In this document: positions 38,587 through 47,933 of the stretch, one piece after another | Numbering within the stretch: position 1 is the stretch's first letter | How the letters are laid out: every line of letters starts with the position of its first letter | Origin: an uncultured Verrucomicrobiae bacterium | Lineage (GTDB): Bacteria > Verrucomicrobiota > Verrucomicrobiia > Chthoniobacterales > Chthoniobacteraceae | Length of the DNA: 64,000 bases | Direction: 5' to 3' | NCBI GenBank assembly: GCA_963836755.1 | Contig: CAWIKF010000001.1 | Span: forward strand, 32,001 to 96,000 | The notes under the pieces: model-generated | The model's input: only the letters and a program-made list of their open reading frames with translations | Databases searched by the model: none | What the model was told of the DNA's origin: nothing | Translations under genes and position numbers: made by a program

Positions 38587-38964
38587 TTAGTCGGTGACCG
38601 CAATTTTGCGCGGCTTCACGCGTTCTGCCTTCGGCAGCGTCAGCGTCAGGATTCCCTGTTCCATTTTGGCGGTAATTTTTGCCGCATCAATGTCAGGATC
38701 GAGATCGAAAACGCGCTTGTAATCGAGCTGCCGTGATTCGCGATAAACTGGCTCGCCCGGCAGCGCGGAATCGCCGCGCCGGCCGACGATCATCAGTTCA
38801 TTGTTCTCGACAGTGACTTCCAAACCATCCTTGCCGACGCCCGGCATTTCGGCCTCCATCACGTAGCCATCTTCGGTTTCGAGGATGTTCGCAGGCGGCG
38901 TCGCATAACTCACCTGTCGCGCCGATGCGTCGCTGCGATCTTCTTTTTTCGTCAGTGTATTCAT
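38587..38964 (-). CDS. Hsp20/alpha-crystallin small heat-shock protein
   Basis: AEMPGV, AKMEQGILTLTLPK. Confidence 0.92.
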   Translation of the reverse strand: MNTLTKKEDRSDASARQVSYATPPANILETEDGYVMEAEMPGVGKDGLEVTVENNELMIVGRRGDSALPGEPVYRESRQLDYKRVFDLDPDIDAAKITAKMEQGILTLTLPKAERVKPRKIAVTD

Positions 38965-39022
38965 TTTGCTAAACTCCCTTTGTTTTGTTTGCCGAGCGGA
39001 CGTTAATCCGCCCGAAGTTGTT

Positions 39023-39490
39023 TCAGGAAACGTTGACTTCGATTTGTTTCGGTTTCGCTTCCTCGGCCTTCGACAAGGTGATTGCGAGGACGCCGTCTTT
39101 GTAAACAGCTTTCACGTTTTGCCCGTCGACGGCGGTCGGAAGCGTGAGGCTGCGCTGGAATTTCCCAAAGTAGCGCTCGCTGCGAAACGCCTCTCCCTCC
39201 TTTTCCTTCGATTCGCGTTTGCGCTCGCCGGAAATGCTTAGCGTCCGATCATGCAGCGAGATATCGATCTCTTCTTTTTTGAGGCCTGGCAGCTCGAACT
39301 TCACGAAGACATGGTCTTTGTCCTGGCTGACATCGAGCGCCGGCGTCCAGCCGCTGAAGAGGCCGTTTTCGCCGCTGAAATCCGGGAGCGCAGAATCGAA
39401 GAGTCGATTCAAGTCGTCCCGCAGCGAAAATAGACGATCAAACGGCGTCCAGCTTGGTGACTCAGGTCGGTTATATCTGATGATGTTCAT
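39023..39490 (-). CDS. Hsp20/alpha-crystallin small heat-shock protein
   Basis: ELPGL, ERYFGKFQRSLTLP, AVYKDGVLAITLSK. Confidence 0.95.
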   Translation of the reverse strand: MNIIRYNRPESPSWTPFDRLFSLRDDLNRLFDSALPDFSGENGLFSGWTPALDVSQDKDHVFVKFELPGLKKEEIDISLHDRTLSISGERKRESKEKEGEAFRSERYFGKFQRSLTLPTAVDGQNVKAVYKDGVLAITLSKAEEAKPKQIEVNVS

Positions 39491-39698
39491 GATGATTCCT
39501 TTCTTGTAAAAAGTTCAAATCTTGGATCAGCTTTAGACGTGCCCGCTAAATGTCTGAAACTGAAAAATTCTCAAGTCGATCATAACAAGCGAGTTAGGTT
39601 TATTCGGCCAAATTGCCCGAGTTTTCAGACGTGCCATTGCGACACAAGCGAATGTTCGGCTGTTTTTGTCCAGCGCGCCAAAATGACGCATGGCGGCG

Positions 39699-40760
39699 CT
39701 AGCTCGTTTTGGGATAGCTGCCCAAAATTTTGACGAACGTGCAGTGCTTTTCGAGGTCCGCCAATGCCTCAATCAAAGTCGGGTCTTGCTCGTGTCCGTC
39801 TACATCGACGAAGAAAAAATACTCCCACGCGCGCCGCTTCGATGGGCGGCTCTCGATTTTGCTCATGTTGATTTTGAGCCGCTGAAACGGCTCCAGCGCG
39901 GAAAACAGCGCCCCAGGTTTGTCTTGCACGCAAAACATCAGGGAGGTTTTGTCGTCGCCCGTTGGCGGACAGGTTTTGTGACCGATCACGAGAAAGCGTG
40001 TGGTGTTTTCCGGATTATCCTGAACGGAGCGGTCGACGATGTCTAAACCGTAGACATCGGCGGCCATCTGACCGGCGATCGCTGCGGCATCGGTTTCACG
40101 CGCGGCGAGCTCGGCCGCATGCGTCGTGCTCGCGACCTCGATCAAATCTGCATGCGGCAGATTATGACGAAGCCATTGCCGGCATTGGCCGAAAACCTGC
40201 GGATGCGAATACACTTTCCGAATCTGCTCGCGTGGAATTTTCGCGAGGAGATTGTTCTCGATCTTCAGCAAAAACGCCGCGCAGATTTTTAGCTCCGAAT
40301 CGATGAAAACATCGAGCGTGTAATTGACCGCTCCTTCCGTGGAATTCTCGATCGGCACGACGCCGTAATCCGCTTTGCCGCGTGAAACAACATTAAACAC
40401 TTCGGCAATGCTCGACTGCGCCGCGTATTCGACGCTCGCGCCGAATTTTTGACGCGCGGCTTGATGCGACCATGTCGCCGCCGGCCCGAGGTAGGCGATG
40501 GACAAATGTTTTTCGAGCGCGAGAGATGCCGACATGATCTCGCGATAAATCGCGCGCACCGATGCCTCCGGAAGCCGGCCGTGATTGCGCTTGAGCAGCG
40601 ATTGCAGCAACTGCTCTTCGCGTTCCGGCGCGTAAATCGCCATGCCGTCGCGCTTTTTTACGAGGCCGACTTCATGCACCAAATCGGCGCGTTCATTGAG
40701 CAGCGCGATTAACTTTGAATCGAGCTCATCGATTTTTTTCCGAATGTCGGAAAGTGTCAT
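39699..40760 (-). CDS. pheA: Chorismate mutase / prephenate dehydratase
   Basis: IRKKIDELD (CM), VVPIENSTEG, NTTRFLVIG, KIESRPS (ACT); ATG at 40760. Confidence 0.95.
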   Translation of the reverse strand: MTLSDIRKKIDELDSKLIALLNERADLVHEVGLVKKRDGMAIYAPEREEQLLQSLLKRNHGRLPEASVRAIYREIMSASLALEKHLSIAYLGPAATWSHQAARQKFGASVEYAAQSSIAEVFNVVSRGKADYGVVPIENSTEGAVNYTLDVFIDSELKICAAFLLKIENNLLAKIPREQIRKVYSHPQVFGQCRQWLRHNLPHADLIEVASTTHAAELAARETDAAAIAGQMAADVYGLDIVDRSVQDNPENTTRFLVIGHKTCPPTGDDKTSLMFCVQDKPGALFSALEPFQRLKINMSKIESRPSKRRAWEYFFFVDVDGHEQDPTLIEALADLEKHCTFVKILGSYPKTS

Positions 40761-41434
40761 GCGTTTTCCCCGTGCGGCTCGTGAGTCGGCTCCGTTACAC
40801 GTTCCGCGGGCGATGGTGCAGTTTCGCCGAGCGCCATTTGCGCGGTTGGTTTCGCCTCTTCGGCCGCCGGCAGATTCATGCGGCGCAGCTCGGTGGCGTT
40901 TGGAAGTTCGTCGAGATTTTTTAATCCGAAATGCTCCATGAAAAATTGCGTCGTCTCGTAAAGCAGCGGACGGCCGGGCACTTCCGCGCGGCCGGCGATG
41001 CGGATCAGCCCGCGCTCGAGCAACGAATTTACCATGCCGTCCACGGCCACTCCGCGCACGGCCTCGATGTCCGCGCGCGTGATCGGCTGGCGATATGCGA
41101 TGATCGCGAGCGTCTCGAGCGCCGGGCCGCTCAGCCGCGCCGGCTTGCTCTCGGGATAAAGTTGGCGCACCCATTTTCCGAACGCCGGATCGGTGACGAA
41201 GTGCCAGCCGTTCACTTGTTCAACGAGTTGAAAGCCCCGCTGCGCCTGGATTCCCTCGATTTTTAATTCCTCGATCAGCGCCGCAATCTGCGCCTCCTTC
41301 GCCTTCGCAAAATCGTGCATCTCCGCACCGTCGGTCTCCTGCGCCGCGCCCTTGAGCGCCGCGACGATCTCGCCGGGCTGCAGCGGTTTTTGCGAAGCGA
41401 AAAGGAGAGCCTCGACGACTTGCTTCAACAACAT
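40757..41434 (-). CDS. scpB: SMC-Scp complex subunit ScpB
   Basis: VEALLFAS, LSGPALETLAIIAYRQPITRADIEAVRGV, GRPLLYETT. Confidence 0.95.
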   Translation of the reverse strand: MLLKQVVEALLFASQKPLQPGEIVAALKGAAQETDGAEMHDFAKAKEAQIAALIEELKIEGIQAQRGFQLVEQVNGWHFVTDPAFGKWVRQLYPESKPARLSGPALETLAIIAYRQPITRADIEAVRGVAVDGMVNSLLERGLIRIAGRAEVPGRPLLYETTQFFMEHFGLKNLDELPNATELRRMNLPAAEEAKPTAQMALGETAPSPAERVTEPTHEPHGENA

Positions 41435-41528
41435 GGGAGCAAATTTTCGATTTTCATCCGCTTCGCGCAACCACGAATTATGCGGACGGTGGCGGCACGA
41501 CGCGGCCTCTGGTGCGATTGCAGAGCAA

Positions 41529-42836
41529 ATGAAAAAACCGCCGCACGCCTTTGAAGTGCCGCGCAGCGACCGGCCCACCTCTGCGGAGCCGACCGAGCCG
41601 GAGCTGCACGAGCGGCGTGATCCCTATGCGGCTTTTCGCTTTCGCTCGTATTGGTTTTTCGCCATTGGGAATTTCGCCTCGGTCGTCGGGCGGCAGATGC
41701 TCGCGGTCGCGGTCGAGTGGGAAATTTACCAGCGAACGCATTCGGCGACGGCGCTCGGATTTGTCGGGCTCACGCTCGCGATCCCGGTAATTTTGTTCGC
41801 GATTCCTGCCGGTCATCTCGCGGATCGCTTTTCGCGCAAAAGTATTTTGCTCATCACGCAAGCGATCACTGCTTCGACTTCTGTCGGGCTCGCGCTGCTT
41901 TCGATCCATCACGCCGACATCCGTTTTTTCTACGGGCTGCTGTTGATTTCCGGCACGTCGCGCGCGTTCGGCTGGGCGGCGCGCGGCGCGTTTCTGCCGA
42001 ACCTTGTTCCCGCAAAACATTTTGGAAACGCGGTCACATGGAACAGCAGCACTTTCCAATTTGCCTCGGTCGCTGGTCCGGCGCTCGGCGGCTTTCTGAT
42101 CTACCGCTTCGGATTTCCGTTCATCTACTTTTTCGACACCTGCACGGCACTTTTATTTTTCACGCTGCTGCTCCCGGTCCGCACCGCCCGCCGCGCGCGC
42201 TCGTCGGCTGCAGCGGGGCTTGGCAGCTTGTTTTCCGGGATTCGCTTCGTGCGTGAAAATCCAATCGTCCTCGCAACCATCACGCTCGATCTTTTCGCCG
42301 TGCTCTTCGGTGGAGCTACCGCGCTGCTGCCGATTTTTGCCGATCGCATTTTGCATTGTGGTCCAGTCGGGCTCGGCTGGATGCGCGCTTCTCCGTCGGT
42401 CGGCTCGCTCGCCACCGGAGTGATCCTCGCGCATTTGCCGCCGTTGCAACGGCCCGGCAGGACGATGCTCCGCGCAGTCGCCGGCTTTGGGCTGACCACG
42501 CTGCTTTTTGGTTTGTCAAAATGGTTCGCGCTTTCCGTCGTGCTCCTTTGCGCGACCGGCGCATTCGATGCCATCAGCGTCGTCGTCCGGCACACGCTTG
42601 TCCAACTCCTCACGCCGGACGCGATGCGCGGTCGCGTCTCCGCCGTGAACAACGTCTTCATCGGCACCTCCAATGAGCTCGGCGCCTTTGAATCCGGGAT
42701 GACTGCCGCGTGGCTTGGGCCGATCGTCTCCGTCGTTGGCGGCGGCATCATCACCGTCGCCATCGTCGAATTTGTCCGGCGCGCGTGGCCGCAAATTTGT
42801 GAGCTCGGGCCCTTCGCCTCGATTGAAATCAAATGA
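41529..42836 (+). CDS. MFS transporter (H+ antiporter/EntS-like)
   Basis: About 12 hydrophobic segments; GHLADRFSRK, LDLFAVLFGG, MRGRVSAVN. Confidence 0.88.
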   Translation: MKKPPHAFEVPRSDRPTSAEPTEPELHERRDPYAAFRFRSYWFFAIGNFASVVGRQMLAVAVEWEIYQRTHSATALGFVGLTLAIPVILFAIPAGHLADRFSRKSILLITQAITASTSVGLALLSIHHADIRFFYGLLLISGTSRAFGWAARGAFLPNLVPAKHFGNAVTWNSSTFQFASVAGPALGGFLIYRFGFPFIYFFDTCTALLFFTLLLPVRTARRARSSAAAGLGSLFSGIRFVRENPIVLATITLDLFAVLFGGATALLPIFADRILHCGPVGLGWMRASPSVGSLATGVILAHLPPLQRPGRTMLRAVAGFGLTTLLFGLSKWFALSVVLLCATGAFDAISVVVRHTLVQLLTPDAMRGRVSAVNNVFIGTSNELGAFESGMTAAWLGPIVSVVGGGIITVAIVEFVRRAWPQICELGPFASIEIK

Positions 42837-42845
42837 GTCTGGCCG

Positions 42846-43763
42846 CTACTCCACCGACTCGAAGTGGCTCATCGTTTTAAACATCGCGTAGCGCGCATCG
42901 ATTTCCTCCTGAGTCAGCTTCCGCAGCCGCTCCAGAGAAAACGCCTCCACGTTGAAACTTGCCAGCACACTACCATAGACAACCGCCTTGCGCAGTTGGC
43001 CAAAAGTGATCGTCCCCTGATCCACGCTCGCCAGGTAACCCGCAAAACCGCCCGCGAAAGTATCGCCCGCGCCCGTCGGATCGTGAATATCCTCCAGCGG
43101 AAACGCCCCGCAGCTAAAGAAAACCCCGTCGCCGAAAAGCAGGCAGCCGTGCTCCCCTTTCTTGATCGCCAGATACGACGGCCCCAGCCTGCGAATCGCA
43201 TTCCCGGCCTTCACCAGACTCGTCTCGCCCGTCAACTGCCGCGCCTCGCCATCATTGAGGATCAATAAATCGACCCGCTTCAGCAGCGCCAGCAAATCGC
43301 CTTTCGCGATATCGATCCAGAGATCCATCGTATCCGCGATCACGAACCGCGGCCGCTCCATCTGATCCAGCACATGGCTTTGCAGCGCCGGCGCGATATT
43401 TGCCAGCAGCACGATCGGCGTCCCCACATAACTCGGCGGCAGCACCGGATTGAAATGCTCGAAAACATTCAGCTCCACACTCCGCGTCTCGCGAGTGTTG
43501 AGATCCCAATGATACTCACCGCTCCAGCGGAAGGTTTTACCCGGCACCGTCTGCAACCCCGCCAGATCGATCCTGCGCGTCGCGAAATAATCGACATGCG
43601 CCTTTGGAAAATCCTCCCCGACCACGCCCACCAGATTCACCTGCGAGAAAAAACTCGCCCCCACCGCCGCATAACTGGCCGAGCCGCCCAGCAAATCCGC
43701 ATGCTCCTCCACGGGAGTTTTCACAGTATCGAGCGCGATGGAACCGACGACGAGGACAGACAT
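42846..43763 (-). CDS. PfkB-family carbohydrate kinase
   Basis: GGSASYAA, KKGEHG, DPTGAGDTFAGG. Confidence 0.92.
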   Translation of the reverse strand: MSVLVVGSIALDTVKTPVEEHADLLGGSASYAAVGASFFSQVNLVGVVGEDFPKAHVDYFATRRIDLAGLQTVPGKTFRWSGEYHWDLNTRETRSVELNVFEHFNPVLPPSYVGTPIVLLANIAPALQSHVLDQMERPRFVIADTMDLWIDIAKGDLLALLKRVDLLILNDGEARQLTGETSLVKAGNAIRRLGPSYLAIKKGEHGCLLFGDGVFFSCGAFPLEDIHDPTGAGDTFAGGFAGYLASVDQGTITFGQLRKAVVYGSVLASFNVEAFSLERLRKLTQEEIDARYAMFKTMSHFESVE

Positions 43764-43767
43764 GGCG

Positions 43768-43802
43768 AGAGTTAAGAATTAAGATTTGAGATTTAGGAAG
43801 TA
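43768..43802. repeat. Five degenerate AT-rich 7-bp tandem units
   Basis: AGAGTTA AGAATTA AGATTTG AGATTTA GGAAGTA. Confidence 0.6.
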
Positions 43803-43884
43803 AAATCACGCCGGCGCGCCGTATTTACCGCTTGGAAGCTGTAAAACCGCAGGACGGTTAGGACTTCGAAGTCGTGGATGAAAC

Positions 43885-44520
43885 TCAGCCGCGATGCGCG
43901 GTGAGGAGCGCTTTGACGTCGCGGGTGTAAGCGGTGATGTCGGGCGCTTTTAAGATGCCGGTGACGAGGACGACTCGGCGCGCGCCGGCGGCGAGGATGC
44001 GCTCGAGGTTTTCAACTTTGATCCCACCGATGCAGAAGATGGGGATGCGGATGAGTTCGTGGACACGGGCGATGTCGTCGAGGCCGATGGGCGGGTAATC
44101 GGGTTTGGTCGGGGTGGCGAATAGAGGGCCGAAGCCGATGTAGTCCGCGCCTTCCTCCTGCGCGGTGAGGGCTTGGGCGATGCTGTGAGTCGATTTGCCC
44201 ACGATGGAGTTTTTACCCGCGAGCATGCGGGCGGGGCTGGCCGCGATGTCGTCCTGGCCAACGTGGACGCCTTGGGCGGCGATTTCGGCGGCGACTTCGG
44301 GGTGGTCGTTGATGATGAGCGGGATTTCGGCGGCGCGGGTGATGGGGTCGATTTGCTCGGCGAGCCAGTGGATGTCCTTCGCGGCAAAGTTCTTGGCGCG
44401 GAGCTGGAGGATGTCGACGCCGCCGGCGATCATTTTCTCGGCCGTTTCAGCGAGTGCGGCGGGGGCGACGCAGGCGAGGTCGAGGATGCCGTAGAGGAGG
44501 CAGTCGGCGATTTTTTTCAA
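43885..44520 (-). CDS. thiE: Thiamine-phosphate synthase
   Basis: QLRAK, IIND, GVHVGQDD, GKSTHS, ADYIGFGPLFATPTK, IGGI. Confidence 0.93.
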   Translation of the reverse strand: MKKIADCLLYGILDLACVAPAALAETAEKMIAGGVDILQLRAKNFAAKDIHWLAEQIDPITRAAEIPLIINDHPEVAAEIAAQGVHVGQDDIAASPARMLAGKNSIVGKSTHSIAQALTAQEEGADYIGFGPLFATPTKPDYPPIGLDDIARVHELIRIPIFCIGGIKVENLERILAAGARRVVLVTGILKAPDITAYTRDVKALLTAHRG

Positions 44521-44562
44521 TGCAAGACTGAAACGCGGCTCGCGGTCCGCACGCGTGGCGGG

Positions 44563-45927
44563 TCAGCGGCCAAACTCGGCGCTGCGGGAGGCGATCATCT
44601 TTTCGACGAAGCCAGTGTTGTAGTTGCCGCGAAGGAAGTCCGGGTTCCGCATGATGGCTTGCTGGAAAGGGATGGTGGTTTTGATGCCGGTGACGAGGTA
44701 TTCGCCGAGAGCGCGGTCCATGCGGGCGATGGCATTGGCGCGGGTGGTGCCCATGCCGATGACTTTGGCGATCATGGAGTCGTAATGCGGCGGGACGGTG
44801 TAGCCGGCATAGGCGTGGGAGTCGATGCGGATGCCGCGGCCGCCGGGCGCGTAGTAGAGCTCGATCTTCCCGGGGCTGGGCTGGAAGTTGTTGAAGGGGT
44901 CCTCGGCGTTGACGCGGCATTGGATGGCGTGGTAGCGGAGGACGGGGTCGCGGACGAAGTGCGAAAGCGGCAGGCCGGCGGCGATTTTGATCTGCTCTTT
45001 GACGAGGTCGATGCCATACGCTTCCTCGGTGATGGTGTGCTCGACCTGGATGCGAGTGTTCATTTCCATGAAGTAAAAGTTCCCGTCGTCGTCGACGAGG
45101 TATTCCATGGTGCCGGCGCCTTCGTAAGCGACGGATTCGGCGAGTTTGACGGAGGCTTTGCCCATCTTTTCGCGGAGTTTCGCGTCGAGGAGCGGCGAAG
45201 GGGCTTCCTCGATGATTTTCTGATTGCGGCGCTGCAGCGAGCAATCGCGCTCGCCGATGTGAACGACGTCGCCTTTGCGATCGGCCATGACCTGGAACTC
45301 GATGTGGTGCGGGTTTTCGATCAGCTTCTCAATGTAGACGCCGGCGTTGCCAAAAGCTTTCTCGGCTTCCATGCGCGCGCCGTGGAAGCCCTGGACGAGG
45401 CTGACGTCGTTGTGCGCTGGTCGCATCCCTTTGCCACCGCCGCCGGCGACGGCTTTGATCATGACGGGGTAGCCGATTTTTTTGGCGATCTTGAGCGCCT
45501 CGGCTTCGGTCGCGACGATGCCGTCGCTGCCGGGGGTGATCGGCACGCCGGCTTTCTGCGCGGTGTCGCGTGCGGTGTTTTTGTCGCCCATCGCGCGGAT
45601 GGCGTCGGGGGATGGGCCGATGAATTTGATGTTGCAGCTGGCGCAGACCTCGGCGAAGTGCGCGTTCTCGGCGAGGAAGCCGTAGCCGGGATGAATGGCG
45701 TCAACGTCGCCGATTTCGGCGGCGCTGATGATGCGGTCGATTTTTAAATAGCTTTGCGCGCTCGAGGCGGGCCCGATGCAGATGGCTTCATCGGCGAGCT
45801 GGACGTGGAGGGAATCGATGTCGGCTTCGGAATAAACGGCGAGCGTGCGGATGCCGAGTTCCTTGCAGGCGCGGATGACGCGGAGGGCGATCTCGCCGCG
45901 GTTGGCGATGAGGATTTTGTTAAACAT
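44563..45927 (-). CDS. accC: Acetyl-CoA carboxylase biotin carboxylase subunit
   Basis: [51 protein letters not shown]. Confidence 0.97.
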   Translation of the reverse strand: MFNKILIANRGEIALRVIRACKELGIRTLAVYSEADIDSLHVQLADEAICIGPASSAQSYLKIDRIISAAEIGDVDAIHPGYGFLAENAHFAEVCASCNIKFIGPSPDAIRAMGDKNTARDTAQKAGVPITPGSDGIVATEAEALKIAKKIGYPVMIKAVAGGGGKGMRPAHNDVSLVQGFHGARMEAEKAFGNAGVYIEKLIENPHHIEFQVMADRKGDVVHIGERDCSLQRRNQKIIEEAPSPLLDAKLREKMGKASVKLAESVAYEGAGTMEYLVDDDGNFYFMEMNTRIQVEHTITEEAYGIDLVKEQIKIAAGLPLSHFVRDPVLRYHAIQCRVNAEDPFNNFQPSPGKIELYYAPGGRGIRIDSHAYAGYTVPPHYDSMIAKVIGMGTTRANAIARMDRALGEYLVTGIKTTIPFQQAIMRNPDFLRGNYNTGFVEKMIASRSAEFGR

Positions 45928-45960
45928 CAGGGAAAGCGGAGGTCGGCCGCGGAACGGAAG

Positions 45961-46407
45961 TCACTTCAGCCGAAAGAGCGGCTGGCCGAATTGCACCGAG
46001 CCGCCATTCTCGGCGAGCAGTTCGGTGATCACGCCACTTTGCTCCGCTTTGATTTCATTCATCACTTTCATCGCCTCGATGATGCAGACGACGGTGTCGG
46101 GATTGACCTCCTGCCCGATCTCCACGAACGGCGCTGACTCCGGCGATGCGGCAGAGTAAAAAGTGCCGACCATCGGCGAGACAATCTCCTTGCCCGGCTC
46201 CTTCGGCGCGGCAGCGGGCTCGGGCTCGGGTGCGGCGTGCGCCATCGGCTGCGGCGCGGCCTGGAGTGGCGGCGCGATGGGCAGGACCTGCTGGAAATCG
46301 ACCCCTTTCTTGAGTTTGATTTTGAACCCCTCCTTTTCCATTTTGAAAACGGAGAGGTCGTTTTTTTTCATCAACGCGATGAGTTCTTTGATTTCTTTTA
46401 AGTCCAA
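45961..46407 (-). CDS. accB: Biotin carboxyl carrier protein
   Basis: [17 protein letters not shown] biotinylation motif. Confidence 0.97.
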   Translation of the reverse strand: MDLKEIKELIALMKKNDLSVFKMEKEGFKIKLKKGVDFQQVLPIAPPLQAAPQPMAHAAPEPEPAAAPKEPGKEIVSPMVGTFYSAASPESAPFVEIGQEVNPDTVVCIIEAMKVMNEIKAEQSGVITELLAENGGSVQFGQPLFRLK

Positions 46408-46577
46408 GCGGTGCTCCTGGGTGAAGTTTCGCGCACTGTAGGAACCGCTGCGGCAATGCGCAAGCGCGTTCGTGCCGCGAAAAAGCAGCTGCGAGTGGCG
46501 TCAAAGTTCGCGCCGCTGGCGCAAACCCCGGCCGCTTTTTCGCTGCGTGCCCGCGAGGTTCAGCTATGTTTTTCGCG

Positions 46578-47924
46578 ATGGCTGATCTTTTTGAAAAAAC
46601 GGCGGAGCCCGCGGTGGAAAGCGCGCGCGCGATGCCGCTGGCCACGCGGATGCGGCCGCGCACGCTGGAGGAATATGCGGGGCAGCAGCACATCCTCGGG
46701 CCGGGAAAATTGCTGCGCCGCGCCATCGAGGCGGATCGGATTTCATCGATCATTTTGTTCGGCCCGCCGGGGGCTGGAAAGACGACGCTCGCGCAGATCA
46801 TCGCGAACACGACCGACTCGAAATTTGAAAGACTCAGCGGCGTGGAATCGAGCGTGGCCGACATGCGGCGCGTGATCGCGACGGCGTCGAACCGGCTCCA
46901 GACCAGTGGCGCGAAGACGATTCTCTTCATCGACGAAATTCATCGTTTTAACAAAGCGCAGCAGGATGTTTTGCTGCCGGATGTCGAGAGCGGCGTCGTC
47001 CGGCTGATCGGCGCGACGACGCACAACCCGTTTTTTTACATCAATTCGCCGCTGGTATCGCGCTCGCAGGTTTTCCAGCTCGAGCCGCTCGCGCCCGAGG
47101 ATTTGGAAAAAGTTCTCCGGCGCGCGCTCGCCGATGAGGAGCGAGGCCTCGGGAAATATAAAGTCGAGATGGACGATGACGCGCTGCGGCATCTGGCGAC
47201 GGTGAGCGATGGCGATGCGCGCAAATGTTTAAACGCGCTGGAGATCGGCGTGCTGACGACGCCGGCCGATGAAAAAAGCGTCGTGCATTTCACGCGCGCG
47301 GTCGCGGAGGAATCGATCCAGCGCAAGGCCGTGGTGTATGACGCGGACGAGGATCAGCACTACGACACGATTTCCGCTTTCATAAAAAGCATGCGCGGCA
47401 GCGACCCCGACGCCGCGATTTACTGGCTCGCGAAAATGCTCTACGCAGGCGAGGACATCCGCTTCATCGCGCGCCGCATCGTCATTTGCGCGAGCGAAGA
47501 CATCGGCATGGCCGACTCGAATGCGCTCGTCGTCGCCGTCGCCGCGCAGCACGCGGTGGAATTCGTCGGCATGCCGGAGGCGCAGCTGGTTTTGGCGCAC
47601 GCGGCCGTTTATCTCGCGACCGCGCCGAAGAGCAACCGGACGACGATCGCGATTGGCAAAGCGTCAAAGGATGTAAAACAAGGCGTGACGCTGGCCGTGC
47701 CGAAGCATTTGCGCGACAGCCATTATAAAAGCGCGCGAAAACTCGGGCACGGCGAGGGCTACAAATATGCGCACGATTACGAGGGCGGCTACGTGCCGCA
47801 GGCGTATTTGCCGGAAGGCCGCGTGTATTACGAGCCGACGGGAATCGGCCAGGAAAAGCGCGTGAAGGAAAGGCTCGATTTTTGGCGCGCGCAGTTTGAG
47901 AAAGCGGACGCCGCGAAAAGCTGA
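46578..47924 (+). CDS. rarA: Replication-associated recombination protein A (RarA/MgsA)
   Basis: PLATRMRP, GPPGAGKTT, FIDEIHRFNKAQQD, ISAFIKSMRGSDPDAA. Confidence 0.95.
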   Translation: MADLFEKTAEPAVESARAMPLATRMRPRTLEEYAGQQHILGPGKLLRRAIEADRISSIILFGPPGAGKTTLAQIIANTTDSKFERLSGVESSVADMRRVIATASNRLQTSGAKTILFIDEIHRFNKAQQDVLLPDVESGVVRLIGATTHNPFFYINSPLVSRSQVFQLEPLAPEDLEKVLRRALADEERGLGKYKVEMDDDALRHLATVSDGDARKCLNALEIGVLTTPADEKSVVHFTRAVAEESIQRKAVVYDADEDQHYDTISAFIKSMRGSDPDAAIYWLAKMLYAGEDIRFIARRIVICASEDIGMADSNALVVAVAAQHAVEFVGMPEAQLVLAHAAVYLATAPKSNRTTIAIGKASKDVKQGVTLAVPKHLRDSHYKSARKLGHGEGYKYAHDYEGGYVPQAYLPEGRVYYEPTGIGQEKRVKERLDFWRAQFEKADAAKS

Positions 47925-47933
47925 CCGCGCGAT

